Shown one piece after another: positions 1 through 9,996 of a stretch of 61,164 nucleotides of DNA. Made by a program: the position numbers and the translations under genes. Origin of the DNA: a virus. Taxonomy: Duplodnaviria; Caudoviricetes. The DNA is taken from positions 1-61,164 of IMG/VR virus record IMGVR_UViG_3300020477_000024; one strand, given 5' to 3'. Position 1 is the first letter of the stretch. Each line of letters opens with the position of its first letter. The notes beneath the pieces were generated by a model. The model saw only the letters and a list, made by a program, of their open reading frames with translations. It did no database searches and was not told the DNA's origin.

Positions 1-2039
1 GTAGCATTAACAGTTGCATCTATTGCACCATCTCCCGAATCATCGTAGGCAAAAGAAATACCAGCATGTGAACCATTAGTTACTATCTGCCCACCAACGA
101 CATCCTGTACTCTTTCAGTTGTATGCCACAAATTGGTAGGTGAACCATCTTCAGCAATATCATCCGTAACTAATGTTCTAGTTCCACCTAAAGAAACTGA
201 AGAACCATTGATGGTTATTGCACTATTTGCTAAATTGGCATTCGGTAATGCCCCCATAACATCAGTTGTTAGGTCAATTTGATTTCTAGTTATTGCTTGA
301 CCACTAATTGTTAAATAGTCATAACTACCAGCAAGTGTTACATTGGTTGAGTTATCTGTACCAGCAACATCTACATTTATATCTGAACGAACCTGTGATG
401 CATCCCTACCTTCAATACCATTCGCAGTAAATTTAGCAAAATCTCCACTAGCAACCGAATCATGGTCTATTTTAACTGCATTTGTATCAGCAATACCAAA
501 AGTTAGTGCATTTTGCTTTGCGTTCCAAGTGGATGCTGAAGCAATATAACCATCTGCAATTGCTGTACCATTCCAAACACCAGTTCCAATAGTACCTACA
601 GCAGTAATTTGTGTTTGTGATGCATCCGCATTAATTGTAAGGCAATTATTAGCATCATCATTTACAATCGTAATACCAGTTCCACCACACAAAAATGATG
701 CTGTATCATCCATGTTGTTTTCACAATTATAACCAGAAATGGAAGCAGTACTAGCAGAAGTAATTCTACCTTGTGCATCAATTGTAACAACAGGAATAGC
801 AGTAGTGCTACCATAATTTCCAGCAGTTACAGCAGTATTATCGAGTGAAAAATCTATTCGATTATCGGAAACTGCACTAGTTAATCCCGTACCACCACAA
901 AAATCTAATGTTTCACCAGTATTAACTGTATCAGTTGTACCTGTATCAGCAGATATATCAAAACTCGTAGAAATGGAATTAGTTGAAAGTGATGTGATAT
1001 GACCCTGTGCATCGACTGTAATTGCTGGTATTGCAGTTGCACTGCCATAAGAACCAGCAGTTACCGCACTATTATCGTGAGCAATAGTAATCGTGTTTCC
1101 AGAACCAGTACTAGTTAAACATGTACCACCAGCAATTGTTAGTGTTTCCGAATCTAGGTCGATTGCGACTGTACCACTATCACCTTCTGCATCTACATCT
1201 TGTGCAGTTATTTGAGTATCAACATATAGTTGTGTTGCAAAATTTCTCCAATTTGATCCATTGTAACCTTCAAAACATGCATTTTCTGAATTATAACGAA
1301 TCTTACCTTGTGTAGCAGTTCCTCTTTGTGCCGTAGTTCCAACAGGAATTACTATACCACCCGTACCAGAAACATGCAATTCACTTGTGGGGGAAGAAGT
1401 TCCAATCCCCAAACGACCAGATTTTGTAATGGTAACTTTAGTTGCATTGTCTCCTGTCTTTATATTTAAAAAATCAGAATTTATATGTATTGTAGTATTA
1501 GAAGACAAATCATTGGTAGGAGTAGAATCAACAACAAAAACAGTTGAAGATGTAACTGAAGAAACGGAAAAAACTTCATTTGCACTAGAATTTCCTGTAG
1601 GCATCCTAACAGCATCACCAGCAATCAAACCATGATCGGTAGTAGTAGTAACACTTGTTCCTGAACTAGTTGCTGTTAAGGATGTATCAAAACTCCCTTT
1701 AATTGTTAAATCGGCATCAGGTGCATTGGTATTAAGTCCAAAATCATCTGTTCCCGTTGACCAAAACAAACCATTTCCACCAGTATCATCAGTAGTACTA
1801 AGAGTTTTTCCGCACGCCGCAAAAAATGGTAGAGACTTTGCCGTACCTTCATTGATAGAACCAGAAGTTATCGAAGATGTCAGATTGGCAATTTGTCCAT
1901 TCTTTGTTTTGGTATAGAGAATTGCACCATCACCTCCATCATCCATCAAATTTATTGCAATTTCACCAACCTGTAAATCTGATGATGATGGTTGTGAGGT
2001 ATCAGTAATGTTCCTCTTGGGAATAATTATTGTTGCCAT
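1..2039 (-). CDS. Tail fibre / virion structural protein (runs off the window edge, >679 aa)
   Basis: Not in the ORF track; translated by hand from ATG at 2039 (AGGA RBS): MATIIIPKRNITDTSQPSSSDLQVGEIAIN..., open to base 1. Fibre motifs LGIGTSSPTSELHV, IPVGTTAQR, and GSYGSATAIPAITVDAQG / GNYGSTTAIPVVTIDAQG. Confidence 0.85.
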   Translation of the reverse strand, partial: MATIIIPKRNITDTSQPSSSDLQVGEIAINLMDDGGDGAILYTKTKNGQIANLTSSITSGSINEGTAKSLPFFAACGKTLSTTDDTGGNGLFWSTGTDDFGLNTNAPDADLTIKGSFDTSLTATSSGTSVTTTTDHGLIAGDAVRMPTGNSSANEVFSVSSVTSSTVFVVDSTPTNDLSSNTTIHINSDFLNIKTGDNATKVTITKSGRLGIGTSSPTSELHVSGTGGIVIPVGTTAQRGTATQGKIRYNSENACFEGYNGSNWRNFATQLYVDTQITAQDVDAEGDSGTVAIDLDSETLTIAGGTCLTSTGSGNTITIAHDNSAVTAGSYGSATAIPAITVDAQGHITSLSTNSISTSFDISADTGTTDTVNTGETLDFCGGTGLTSAVSDNRIDFSLDNTAVTAGNYGSTTAIPVVTIDAQGRITSASTASISGYNCENNMDDTASFLCGGTGITIVNDDANNCLTINADASQTQITAVGTIGTGVWNGTAIADGYIASASTWNAKQNALTFGIADTNAVKIDHDSVASGDFAKFTANGIEGRDASQVRSDINVDVAGTDNSTNVTLAGSYDYLTISGQAITRNQIDLTTDVMGALPNANLANSAITINGSSVSLGGTRTLVTDDIAEDGSPTNLWHTTERVQDVVGGQIVTNGSHAGISFAYDDSGDGAIDATVNA

Positions 2040-2048
2040 TTATGAGTC

Positions 2049-2471
2049 CTATTTCTTGTTAGGTTGATCCTTCGGAAGCACTTTATCAGGAATCATATTT
2101 TTTGCCTTTTCAAGTTCTTTTTCCAATTCTCTTATTCTTGGTTTATAATATGTATCAATTTTATTAATCATGTCCACTTGATCCGAAAGTGCGTGTTCAT
2201 GCGTTGCTTGTAATTTAGTCCTTTCATCTAATGCTTGTTGTATTTCTTCAGATGTTTTTTTGGTTAAAAGTTCCATTTGATTCTTTAAAGTCTTATTTTC
2301 CTCTAAAACTGAAGGAAAATTTTGACATTCTGTTAATAAGACTTGATAATTTGCCTGTAATAGTAAATTTTGAGAGGTTAGTTCCAATGCCCTATTCTGG
2401 ACAATGGAAACTAACGCCTCTTTAACTAATTTTTCGTCTATGATATATTCATTATTTGGTACTTCATTCAT
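2049..2471 (-). CDS. Coiled-coil hypothetical protein
   Basis: 140 aa, rich in E/K/L/Q heptads; GAGGA RBS; preceded by a late promoter. Confidence 0.75.
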   Translation of the reverse strand: MNEVPNNEYIIDEKLVKEALVSIVQNRALELTSQNLLLQANYQVLLTECQNFPSVLEENKTLKNQMELLTKKTSEEIQQALDERTKLQATHEHALSDQVDMINKIDTYYKPRIRELEKELEKAKNMIPDKVLPKDQPNKK

Positions 2472-2499
2472 ATCAATTTCCTCTTAAAATAATATTTAT

Positions 2500-2507
2500 T
2501 ATTTATA
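2500..2507 (-). promoter_or_regulatory. T4-type late promoter TATAAATA
   Basis: Exact TATAAATA on the minus strand in the gap between the 817-aa and 140-aa genes. Confidence 0.6.
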
Positions 2508-4961
2508 TTACGAACTTGCTTGCTCCCATGTACCGCCATCAATAGTAAAATTGTCGAGATATGGTTTAGATGATGACAATCTACTGGCAATAGTTTCATT
2601 ATCGTCTGTTGGTAAAATATACGAACAACCACTTGCTGTAAAACCACACATACCACCATCCACAATTCCAAATTTGTGTTTGTTGTCAACCCAAAACTGG
2701 AACGCACCATCATTTTGAGTTCCATTTTCGGTTGCACCATCAACCAATTGACTGAGAGTATTAAATTTAACATGACTTAATGCATCTTTGTCAGTTGAAT
2801 CCATAACGGATGTTATTACTAAAGCATCATTTGCATTATCACCCATACTAAATGAAGGATTTGCTTCATCTGCCGTATCAAAAAATGTTATATCCGCACC
2901 AATAATTGTTGTTGCAGTACCAGATGTAATTGTTGTAGCACCTAATGCGGCTGTACCTGTAACATCGAGTGTTCCAGCCGTAGACACATTACCCGTTAAT
3001 GTTGAAGTACCTGTAACAGCAAGATTGCCACCAACATTTGCATTCTTAGCAATACCAGCACCACCATCAACAATCAATGCACCAGTAGTTGAACTGCTTG
3101 ATTGGGTTGCATTATTGAGATTTACTGCACCTGTAACATCAAATGTACCTTCGACTACAGTATTTCCACTATCTGCAACTGTAAATTTATCGGCAACATT
3201 AATACCACCATCTAATGAAGCAAGTCCACTAGGAACATCTAATGTACTGTTAAGTGTTGTAGCACCAGCAACAGTTAATGCACCACCAGCAGTTATAGCA
3301 CCTGTTAATGTTGAAGCACCTGTAACATCAAGTGTACCACCGACATGTGCATTTTTAACAACAGCAAGACCACCAGCAGTTTTCAAAGCACCTGTAGTTG
3401 AATTGGTTGCTTGGGTGTCATCCGTATTATTTACTATACCACTAACCGTTAAGGCAGTTAATGTACCAACATTTGTTAGTGAAGAATTTACAACAGCAGA
3501 ACCTAATGTAGTTGCATTTAAAACAGATGCGTTAGCAATTTTAAAATCTTTTGCATGGGTTCCGTCTAAATTTAGTCCACCATCAGCCGAACCCGTATCA
3601 AATGTCCAGTTATTATTGGTTGTATCCCAAATAATAGTTTTATCCGTAGTACCCTTTAAAGTAACACCACCACCACTTGCACTAGCATCAGTTGTTGTTT
3701 CTAGTACTATTACAATATCACCACCGTTCTCTGCTGGATCTGAAAAAGTCAAACTATCTCCATCAGCATAACCAGTACCATCTGAAACTAAGGTAAATTC
3801 AATATTTGGTGATGCACCATTATGAGTGGCAATATTAACACAAAGACCCGAAGCACCAGCAGATCCACCAGATGTTGGTGTTTCATTCGTGTAATTCTGA
3901 CTTGGTGTCCAAGCAGTTCCAGTAAAAGTCGGGGTCGAATCTGCGATAGTAAGTGTAGAACCTATTTCAAGATTTTTATCAGCAACTGAAACAGTAGTGG
4001 AATCAAGTGTTGTAGTTGTACCTTCCACATAAAAATTTCCATGAACTGTTAAATCTTTGTTAGTAGTAGCAGTACCAATATCCACATCACCTTTAAATAT
4101 AGACTTTTGTGCTGAGTTTATTTCCAATGCTTCGGTAGCATCCTGTTCTTCAGTATTACCCGCTCCAGAACCAGTAAAAAATCTCAATCTTCCTTTAGCA
4201 TCATCGTTACCACTATCGTGATCGGCAATCACTTTACCCATTTCATTATTATGATTATCTGTGAAAAGTAATTTTGTTGCACGATTTCCCGTAGCATCAC
4301 CATCAGTCTCATTAACGAGAGTGAGTACAGCACCCGTTGCTGTAGAAAATGTACCATTACCACCAGATATATCACCCGTCATCGAAAGTGCATTAGATCC
4401 AATGTTAAGTGGTTTAGAAATTACCACACATTCAGCATCGTCTCTAGTATCAAACTTCATATATTCATTAGTGCCTTCTTTAAAACTCAAAGCAGATGCC
4501 ACATTATCTTTGAAGGAAATAGTACCCGTAAGTGGAGCATCTAATGACATTGATGCATCATCAGTTGTTGAGACAAAACTCACATAATCAACTGTACCAT
4601 CAGTAATTTTTAGAGGTGTGGCTACAGCTGGTGTGATAGTAATCTTAGAGTCATTTGCTGTGTATTTTAGTTCATTAGTCGTTAATTCCACACCACTAAC
4701 TTTTAACGAATTCATTACACCATCAGCACCTGCTATTAAAGCACTATTAGCAGTTAGTGTTCCGGCGTTATGATCCAACATTTGAACAAAATGATCTCCA
4801 CCGACCACTCTTGAGGTATTACCACTATCATCACCTATCCAAAGATAACCTTTTCTGTCAGTTGATTCTGAACTTCTGGTACTATAACCCAATTCACCAA
4901 AAAGCAATGTAGGTGTAGTGGTGGCTGCGGTTGACCGTTGTATTTGTATTTGAGTTGACAT
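2508..4961 (-). CDS. Tail fibre / virion structural protein
   Basis: 817 aa, T/G/S/A-rich. N-terminal IQIQRS...GELGY fibre motif and repeated TTGAL.V.GG.GI.KN..VGG units. Confidence 0.8.
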   Translation of the reverse strand: MSTQIQIQRSTAATTTPTLLFGELGYSTRSSESTDRKGYLWIGDDSGNTSRVVGGDHFVQMLDHNAGTLTANSALIAGADGVMNSLKVSGVELTTNELKYTANDSKITITPAVATPLKITDGTVDYVSFVSTTDDASMSLDAPLTGTISFKDNVASALSFKEGTNEYMKFDTRDDAECVVISKPLNIGSNALSMTGDISGGNGTFSTATGAVLTLVNETDGDATGNRATKLLFTDNHNNEMGKVIADHDSGNDDAKGRLRFFTGSGAGNTEEQDATEALEINSAQKSIFKGDVDIGTATTNKDLTVHGNFYVEGTTTTLDSTTVSVADKNLEIGSTLTIADSTPTFTGTAWTPSQNYTNETPTSGGSAGASGLCVNIATHNGASPNIEFTLVSDGTGYADGDSLTFSDPAENGGDIVIVLETTTDASASGGGVTLKGTTDKTIIWDTTNNNWTFDTGSADGGLNLDGTHAKDFKIANASVLNATTLGSAVVNSSLTNVGTLTALTVSGIVNNTDDTQATNSTTGALKTAGGLAVVKNAHVGGTLDVTGASTLTGAITAGGALTVAGATTLNSTLDVPSGLASLDGGINVADKFTVADSGNTVVEGTFDVTGAVNLNNATQSSSSTTGALIVDGGAGIAKNANVGGNLAVTGTSTLTGNVSTAGTLDVTGTAALGATTITSGTATTIIGADITFFDTADEANPSFSMGDNANDALVITSVMDSTDKDALSHVKFNTLSQLVDGATENGTQNDGAFQFWVDNKHKFGIVDGGMCGFTASGCSYILPTDDNETIASRLSSSKPYLDNFTIDGGTWEQASS

Positions 4962-4973
4962 TTACTTTCTCTC

Positions 4974-5393
4974 CTATGATTGGTTTGCCAAAATGTAAGT
5001 CTGATCGTTTCCTGAAGAATCCCTAATTTTAACTTTCAACTTGTTATCGGTACTATCAATAAACAGCACTCCACTAGAATTTGATAATGTGGGCAAATTT
5101 CCCGTTAAAGAAGAATTGATAACATGCGTTGTCATTGTTGAGTTTAACGCATATGTAGTAGAAGTTCCACTACCATCCTTTGATTGAACTTTTAATTTTC
5201 CGTCTGCGGAATCCGTATATAAAATTGCAGTCGAATTTGTTTGAGATCCAGAACTAGGTGCAGATGCCGAATGATTAACTGTAACAGTTGATGCATCTGC
5301 CGTTATAGTATTTAGTTTACTTATCAAACTATTCACCCTAGTCATGAATGTATTAAATGTGTCTGTTAAATTCAGACTAGTTATTGTTGCCAT
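4974..5393 (-). CDS. Small virion / fibre-associated protein
   Basis: 139 aa with N-terminal DTFNTF..RVN and an internal duplication (LYTDSADGKLKVQ / LFIDSTDNKLKVK). Confidence 0.7.
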   Translation of the reverse strand: MATITSLNLTDTFNTFMTRVNSLISKLNTITADASTVTVNHSASAPSSGSQTNSTAILYTDSADGKLKVQSKDGSGTSTTYALNSTMTTHVINSSLTGNLPTLSNSSGVLFIDSTDNKLKVKIRDSSGNDQTYILANQS

Positions 5394-5408
5394 TTTTATT
5401 TTTTTCTC

Positions 5409-6152
5409 CTATACTGATCTGGAATTTTCTATTTCACTCTTATCTACTCCACCTAATTCTCCAATAACATTGGAATGCCCTACTCTCTGAACCACAACAT
5501 CATCCTTAAATCTATAAGCATTCAATTTTCTATTAGAATACAAGTGTCTAATATCTTCTCTCGGATGTTCGCAATATGTAGAAGCGATGTACTCATCAGT
5601 AGTTATCAAATTGTTTTTAATTCCCGAAGAAAATAATTCTTTAGCAGAATCTTTTGTTACTATATACGCATGTGAATTATATGTATAACCAACCTTCTCT
5701 ATAATATCATCTACTTCTTCAGTCTCATACCCCTTCACCGGCCAACATCCCAAATAAAACAAATCACAATCATTGGTTTTCATAAAATTTGATGCAATAA
5801 ACAAACTTTCTCGAAAATCTCTGCCTACAAACTTTACATCATCTTCTAGGACTAAAGCAAACTGATAATTATCATAAATATGCTTCCAAATATTATAATG
5901 ACCGAGCAAATTGCATATTGATCCCATTTTCAAATCTCTTGAATACCAAAAATTGTTACTATCTTCCATCTTCCATGAATCGTAGGTAAAAAACCCTTCC
6001 GAATTCAAATCTTCCAAAGAAACGTTTTGATGATCTATCGCATCAAATACATATATATCAAATTCCTTCTGAAAGGGGGATAATAAATTGATAATAAAAT
6101 CCCTTCTCTCTACCAACCTAGTCAACGAAACACAATATATAGCGTCTATCAT
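5409..6152 (-). CDS. Glycosyltransferase family 25, procollagen galactosyltransferase (COLGALT)-like
   Basis: YCVSL.R..ERR, DAID, HYNIWK, LVLEDDV, DLFYLG, HAY and DEYIASTYCEHP motifs. Confidence 0.85.
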   Translation of the reverse strand: MIDAIYCVSLTRLVERRDFIINLLSPFQKEFDIYVFDAIDHQNVSLEDLNSEGFFTYDSWKMEDSNNFWYSRDLKMGSICNLLGHYNIWKHIYDNYQFALVLEDDVKFVGRDFRESLFIASNFMKTNDCDLFYLGCWPVKGYETEEVDDIIEKVGYTYNSHAYIVTKDSAKELFSSGIKNNLITTDEYIASTYCEHPREDIRHLYSNRKLNAYRFKDDVVVQRVGHSNVIGELGGVDKSEIENSRSV

Positions 6153-6164
6153 GATAATAACGAA

Positions 6165-6743
6165 TCATCTAATAGCATACAAATCATATTCTTCTTCCCA
6201 TATTATATAACCATTTTTTTCTAATAAATAAAGTATTGGTTGTTTTATCTCACCATTATAATAATTCTCTGTCGATTCCCAATGAGTCGTTTCCATTTTT
6301 ATTACTTTCGGCAAAACATCCCAACTATAATTGAGTACAATCGGTAATTCACAACCTTCAACATCAATTTTTAAAAAATCTATTTGTGTAATACTATATT
6401 TTTTGATAAGTGAATCTAAAGTCATAGTTTTAACTATGGTTTTTCTTTCAAAATCCTTCCATTGTGGATTTGGCACAAAACCATTTATTTCATTATTATA
6501 AGAACCAATGCCACGAACCCACTGTTTATTTATTTTTTCAGATAGTAAAGGATCGTAATAATAAAACTCAGTTTCACCATCATAAGTACTTATCGCAGAA
6601 TTTTCAAAAATAACATTCGGATGTGTTTCTAAATTGTTCAAATATTCACTAACTGGTTCAACAATAATACCATACCAACCATTTTTTGCTAATGGAAGTA
6701 ACGTATCAAAATCGCATGAACCAATTTCAATAAAAAAATTCAC
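6165..6743 (-). CDS. FkbM-family SAM-dependent methyltransferase
   Basis: FIEIGS, IVEP, NSAIS, TLDSL and IDFLKIDVEG motifs. Confidence 0.85.
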   Translation of the reverse strand: MNFFIEIGSCDFDTLLPLAKNGWYGIIVEPVSEYLNNLETHPNVIFENSAISTYDGETEFYYYDPLLSEKINKQWVRGIGSYNNEINGFVPNPQWKDFERKTIVKTMTLDSLIKKYSITQIDFLKIDVEGCELPIVLNYSWDVLPKVIKMETTHWESTENYYNGEIKQPILYLLEKNGYIIWEEEYDLYAIR

Positions 6744-6746
6744 TAA

Positions 6747-6950
6747 TTATCCCCCTAACAATTCACTCTCTTTCAAAGAAATAGTTTTAGTTTCATCCTT
6801 TTCTGCCCACCATTCAACTGGTATAAGTATTGATGCCAAACTATCAGTTGAAATGGATGAAATCTTTTCATTGAGTTCAGTTTCATTATTTGCTTCGATA
6901 ATACCTTCATGGTTATAAGTTGTTTCTAATATTACTTTATAAAGTGCCAT
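6747..6950 (-). CDS. Small hypothetical protein (DpnD/PcfM-like pattern)
   Basis: Likely start is MALYKV at 6950 with a GAGG RBS. Pattern YKV.LETT.....IEA. Confidence 0.65.
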   Translation of the reverse strand: MALYKVILETTYNHEGIIEANNETELNEKISSISTDSLASILIPVEWWAEKDETKTISLKESELLGG

Positions 6951-6964
6951 TTTTTCCTCTCTTT

Positions 6965-8983
6965 TTATTTTTTGTTGCAAAATGTTATAAGAACATATCT
7001 TGTACCTGACATAACTGCTCTTGCACCATGTTTGTGTGTAATTGTTGGATGAACTACGACTTCTCCAACTGACTTATCAACTAAATGATTTTGTCTTGGA
7101 AACCAAGTTCCCCCACCTGTATAGTCGTTGTTTAAACCAACAACAAAGGTATAATCAGACGCATCATGATGACACGACAAATCAGTTTGATAATTTTCTG
7201 ATTCTAAATCATACTTTACTATAAAAGATTCATTTTTCATATTACCCACAAATCCTTGTAATCCCCAAATAGAAGATACTACTGGATGTGCGTATTCGTC
7301 TAATATTGTATCCCATATATCACCATAACCAAAACTGCTCAATAAAATATCATGCGTAGGATAATTTACATGCCTATCTGTTGTCCATTGACCATATTGT
7401 TCTGCCTTTTCGATTAATTCACTACAAAACTCTTCATTCAGGAGAGGCCAACTATACAATTCAAGACCAGTTCCGATAGAATCAACATATAATTCCCATT
7501 GCTTTCCTCTTATTCTTTGATCTATATATTTATCTATATCTTCATTCATCACATCATCAATATTATTACTTTCAATAGTCGAAAATCTATCAGATCCTTT
7601 TCTCAAAAATTCAAAATCGTTTACATGAAACGTTCGTTCCACGTCTTCATTTTTTCCCTTTCCCGTTTCTATTAGAACATCCTTTAGTTTTATTTCATAT
7701 TTAAATTCTAAATCTGGATTTACCCAACCACTTGACCAAGTTCTAAATATACCAACACCATCTTCGAGTTTATCGTTATCAGACCAAGTTATTTCTCCTT
7801 CTTGAAAAACTCTAAAATCATACTCTATAGCACCACTAACATCAAATGGACTACGACCATACCACATAGTAATTTTCTCTGGATCTGAAAAATCCATATC
7901 ATATAAAGCACTTGATCTATCTAGCATGTTATAGTCAATAGACCAATTTCCATTATAAACCAGATCATTATATAACTCAACACATTTTTTAGGATGATGT
8001 TTGTTAATGACATATTCTCTGCCAATTGAATCGTGTTCCATAAACCAAGCATTCATTAACGCATGTTTGATACTTTCATTTTCTAAAGTACATCGTGCAA
8101 TTTTCGGATTCTCCGATTTATAATCACCCTGTTCCGTTGCAACCACATTTGCCCCACAACTCAGTGCTTCCAAATATACCAAGCCAGGTACATCCATCTT
8201 GGTAGTCATGGCAAATACCCTACATCTTCGATAGTAATCTATAAGTTCATCAAAAGGAATTGACTTATCCAACCACGTTATTCTTCCATCACTCTGACCA
8301 ATTTGATGTTTTAATGCTTCAACTTCATCTTTCTCATCTGGATTACCAATAACTACCAATTTCAATTTCAAATCATTACATGCCTTTGCAAGATAACGAT
8401 GTCCTTTTATGTTCTGAACCGCAGCTGCACATAATACAAAATCCTCTCTTTCAATAGAATCATCAATTGTCAAATAATCCGTATTGATTGGAACAGGAAC
8501 TGTTAAAATCTTATGCGATAAATGACTCCATTGTTCTTTTGCTTGATCTGTCTGTGCAACAGTTACTAATGATTGTTCAATGCATTTAGAATAAACATCA
8601 TAAAAGGCTGATCCTTTTTCTTCTAATAAAGGATTGTTATCATGGATATTTAAAATGTACGGTATACCCATCCTAATCATTCTCAAACATTGATACCAAA
8701 AACTACAATGTATAAAATCATAATCTTTTGCATTTTCTTGAGTTAATTCCCCATCAAACAACAAATCTACCTGATAACCCAATTTTTGCAAATAATCCAT
8801 ATGGTTGTAAATAACTCTACCTACAGCATTTATACTGCCCATTCCCCTTTCTTTACTTGTCGGATCTTGCCAAGAAGGATGTTTTAAATATAATATTTTC
8901 CTCTTTTCAGTATTTTGTACCCCTAACGGTTTCAATTCACCATTTACCAATTTCATAAATCTGTTATCATCTAATATTTTCAT
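6965..8983 (-). CDS. GT4 glycosyltransferase fused to a PLOD-type 2OG-Fe(II) lysyl hydroxylase domain
   Basis: N-terminal GT-B motifs (KGH, DVPGLVYLEALSCG). C-terminus WPLLNEEFCSELI..AEQYGQW...PTHDI...FIVKY...HHDAS...YTGGG..F...HP.ITHKHGA....GTRY matches the procollagen-lysine hydroxylase pattern. Confidence 0.85.
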   Translation of the reverse strand: MKILDDNRFMKLVNGELKPLGVQNTEKRKILYLKHPSWQDPTSKERGMGSINAVGRVIYNHMDYLQKLGYQVDLLFDGELTQENAKDYDFIHCSFWYQCLRMIRMGIPYILNIHDNNPLLEEKGSAFYDVYSKCIEQSLVTVAQTDQAKEQWSHLSHKILTVPVPINTDYLTIDDSIEREDFVLCAAAVQNIKGHRYLAKACNDLKLKLVVIGNPDEKDEVEALKHQIGQSDGRITWLDKSIPFDELIDYYRRCRVFAMTTKMDVPGLVYLEALSCGANVVATEQGDYKSENPKIARCTLENESIKHALMNAWFMEHDSIGREYVINKHHPKKCVELYNDLVYNGNWSIDYNMLDRSSALYDMDFSDPEKITMWYGRSPFDVSGAIEYDFRVFQEGEITWSDNDKLEDGVGIFRTWSSGWVNPDLEFKYEIKLKDVLIETGKGKNEDVERTFHVNDFEFLRKGSDRFSTIESNNIDDVMNEDIDKYIDQRIRGKQWELYVDSIGTGLELYSWPLLNEEFCSELIEKAEQYGQWTTDRHVNYPTHDILLSSFGYGDIWDTILDEYAHPVVSSIWGLQGFVGNMKNESFIVKYDLESENYQTDLSCHHDASDYTFVVGLNNDYTGGGTWFPRQNHLVDKSVGEVVVHPTITHKHGARAVMSGTRYVLITFCNKK

Positions 8984-8997
8984 TTATAAAAATCCTT

Positions 8998-9717
8998 TTA
9001 TATTGGTTCAGTCTGACTTCCACCCTGATCCAGTTGTACAATTGCATCTTCTTTTATAGAATATGCCTTCAATTTTCTCTCAATATTATATAAATTCCTC
9101 AAATCCTTTCTTGGATGTTCGTCATAACAAGTAGTTAAAAACTCATCAATCACTATCATATTACTTGTATAATTTGAATTCAATAAAATACGAATTGCTT
9201 CTGACTTAATAATATAGGCATGAGTAGTATATTTGAAAAACACTCTATTAACATATTTTGTAAATGAATCCCAATCATAACACGATCCTCCCAAATAAAA
9301 CAAATCATAATCATATTCATTTTTGAAATCGGAAAAAACATTTATCCAGTTATTATTTTTAATTTCAATATCATCTTCTAAAACTAAAATTTCGGAAAAC
9401 CCCATTTCATATGCCTTTTTCCATATTAAGTAATGACTAATACTACAACCCATTTCCCCTTTCGTAACTGGTCTATTCCAGAACTTGAAAATAACTTTTT
9501 TATTTATAACAGGAAAATAAGTCCAGTTTTGATCGGTTTTATTATTTTTATATTCATAAAAACCCGAAGCATAAAAATCTTCCCAATCTAATACCATTCC
9601 ATCAATGGCATCAAATACATATACTGGTGCAAAATCCATTTTTGATAATATTTCAATAACATTTTTTCTACGTTCTTCCATTCTTTCTAAACTTACACAA
9701 AATATAGCATCAACCAT
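8998..9717 (-). CDS. Glycosyltransferase family 25, COLGALT-like
   Basis: RPVTKGEMGCSISHYLIWK, LEDD, DLFYLG and DEFLTTCYDEHP motifs. Paralogue of 5409..6152. Confidence 0.88.
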   Translation of the reverse strand: MVDAIFCVSLERMEERRKNVIEILSKMDFAPVYVFDAIDGMVLDWEDFYASGFYEYKNNKTDQNWTYFPVINKKVIFKFWNRPVTKGEMGCSISHYLIWKKAYEMGFSEILVLEDDIEIKNNNWINVFSDFKNEYDYDLFYLGGSCYDWDSFTKYVNRVFFKYTTHAYIIKSEAIRILLNSNYTSNMIVIDEFLTTCYDEHPRKDLRNLYNIERKLKAYSIKEDAIVQLDQGGSQTEPI

Positions 9718-9729
9718 AATAAAAAGATG

Positions 9730-9975
9730 TTACTCCAATGGATTCTCCTCTGATATTTCTATAACAGAATTGGGTTTTACCCCATACCATTGAATTTCTT
9801 TGTGTCTCATATCCCAATCAAGACCCTCTTTTGTAGTACCAGAACCGAAACCCATACCATCTTTCAGATCTTTTGTTGCTTCATCAAGAGTTATCTTAGC
9901 AGAATTCAGATCCTCTGCTTCAATAGTTACTTCCTGATAAATAATCACCCCAACATCAAAACGAAATTTTGCCAT
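9730..9975 (-). CDS. Small hypothetical protein (DpnD/PcfM-like pattern)
   Basis: 81 aa, AAGGAG RBS, FRFDV......EVTIEAEDL..A. Confidence 0.7.
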   Translation of the reverse strand: MAKFRFDVGVIIYQEVTIEAEDLNSAKITLDEATKDLKDGMGFGSGTTKEGLDWDMRHKEIQWYGVKPNSVIEISEENPLE

Positions 9976-9996
9976 TATATCTATCTCCTTTTAGAT

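Noticed and set aside
2788-4587. Long plus-strand ORFs (also 10308, 10773, 31727 on plus; 41601 and 42658 on minus)
   Set aside because: Antisense shadows of well-supported genes, with no RBS or motifs.
6965-8983. DNA base hydroxylase/glucosyltransferase (TET/JBP-like hypermodification)
   Set aside because: The motifs are PLOD-like, and the gene is in a late fibre operon beside COLGALT-like enzymes. Disfavoured but not formally excluded.
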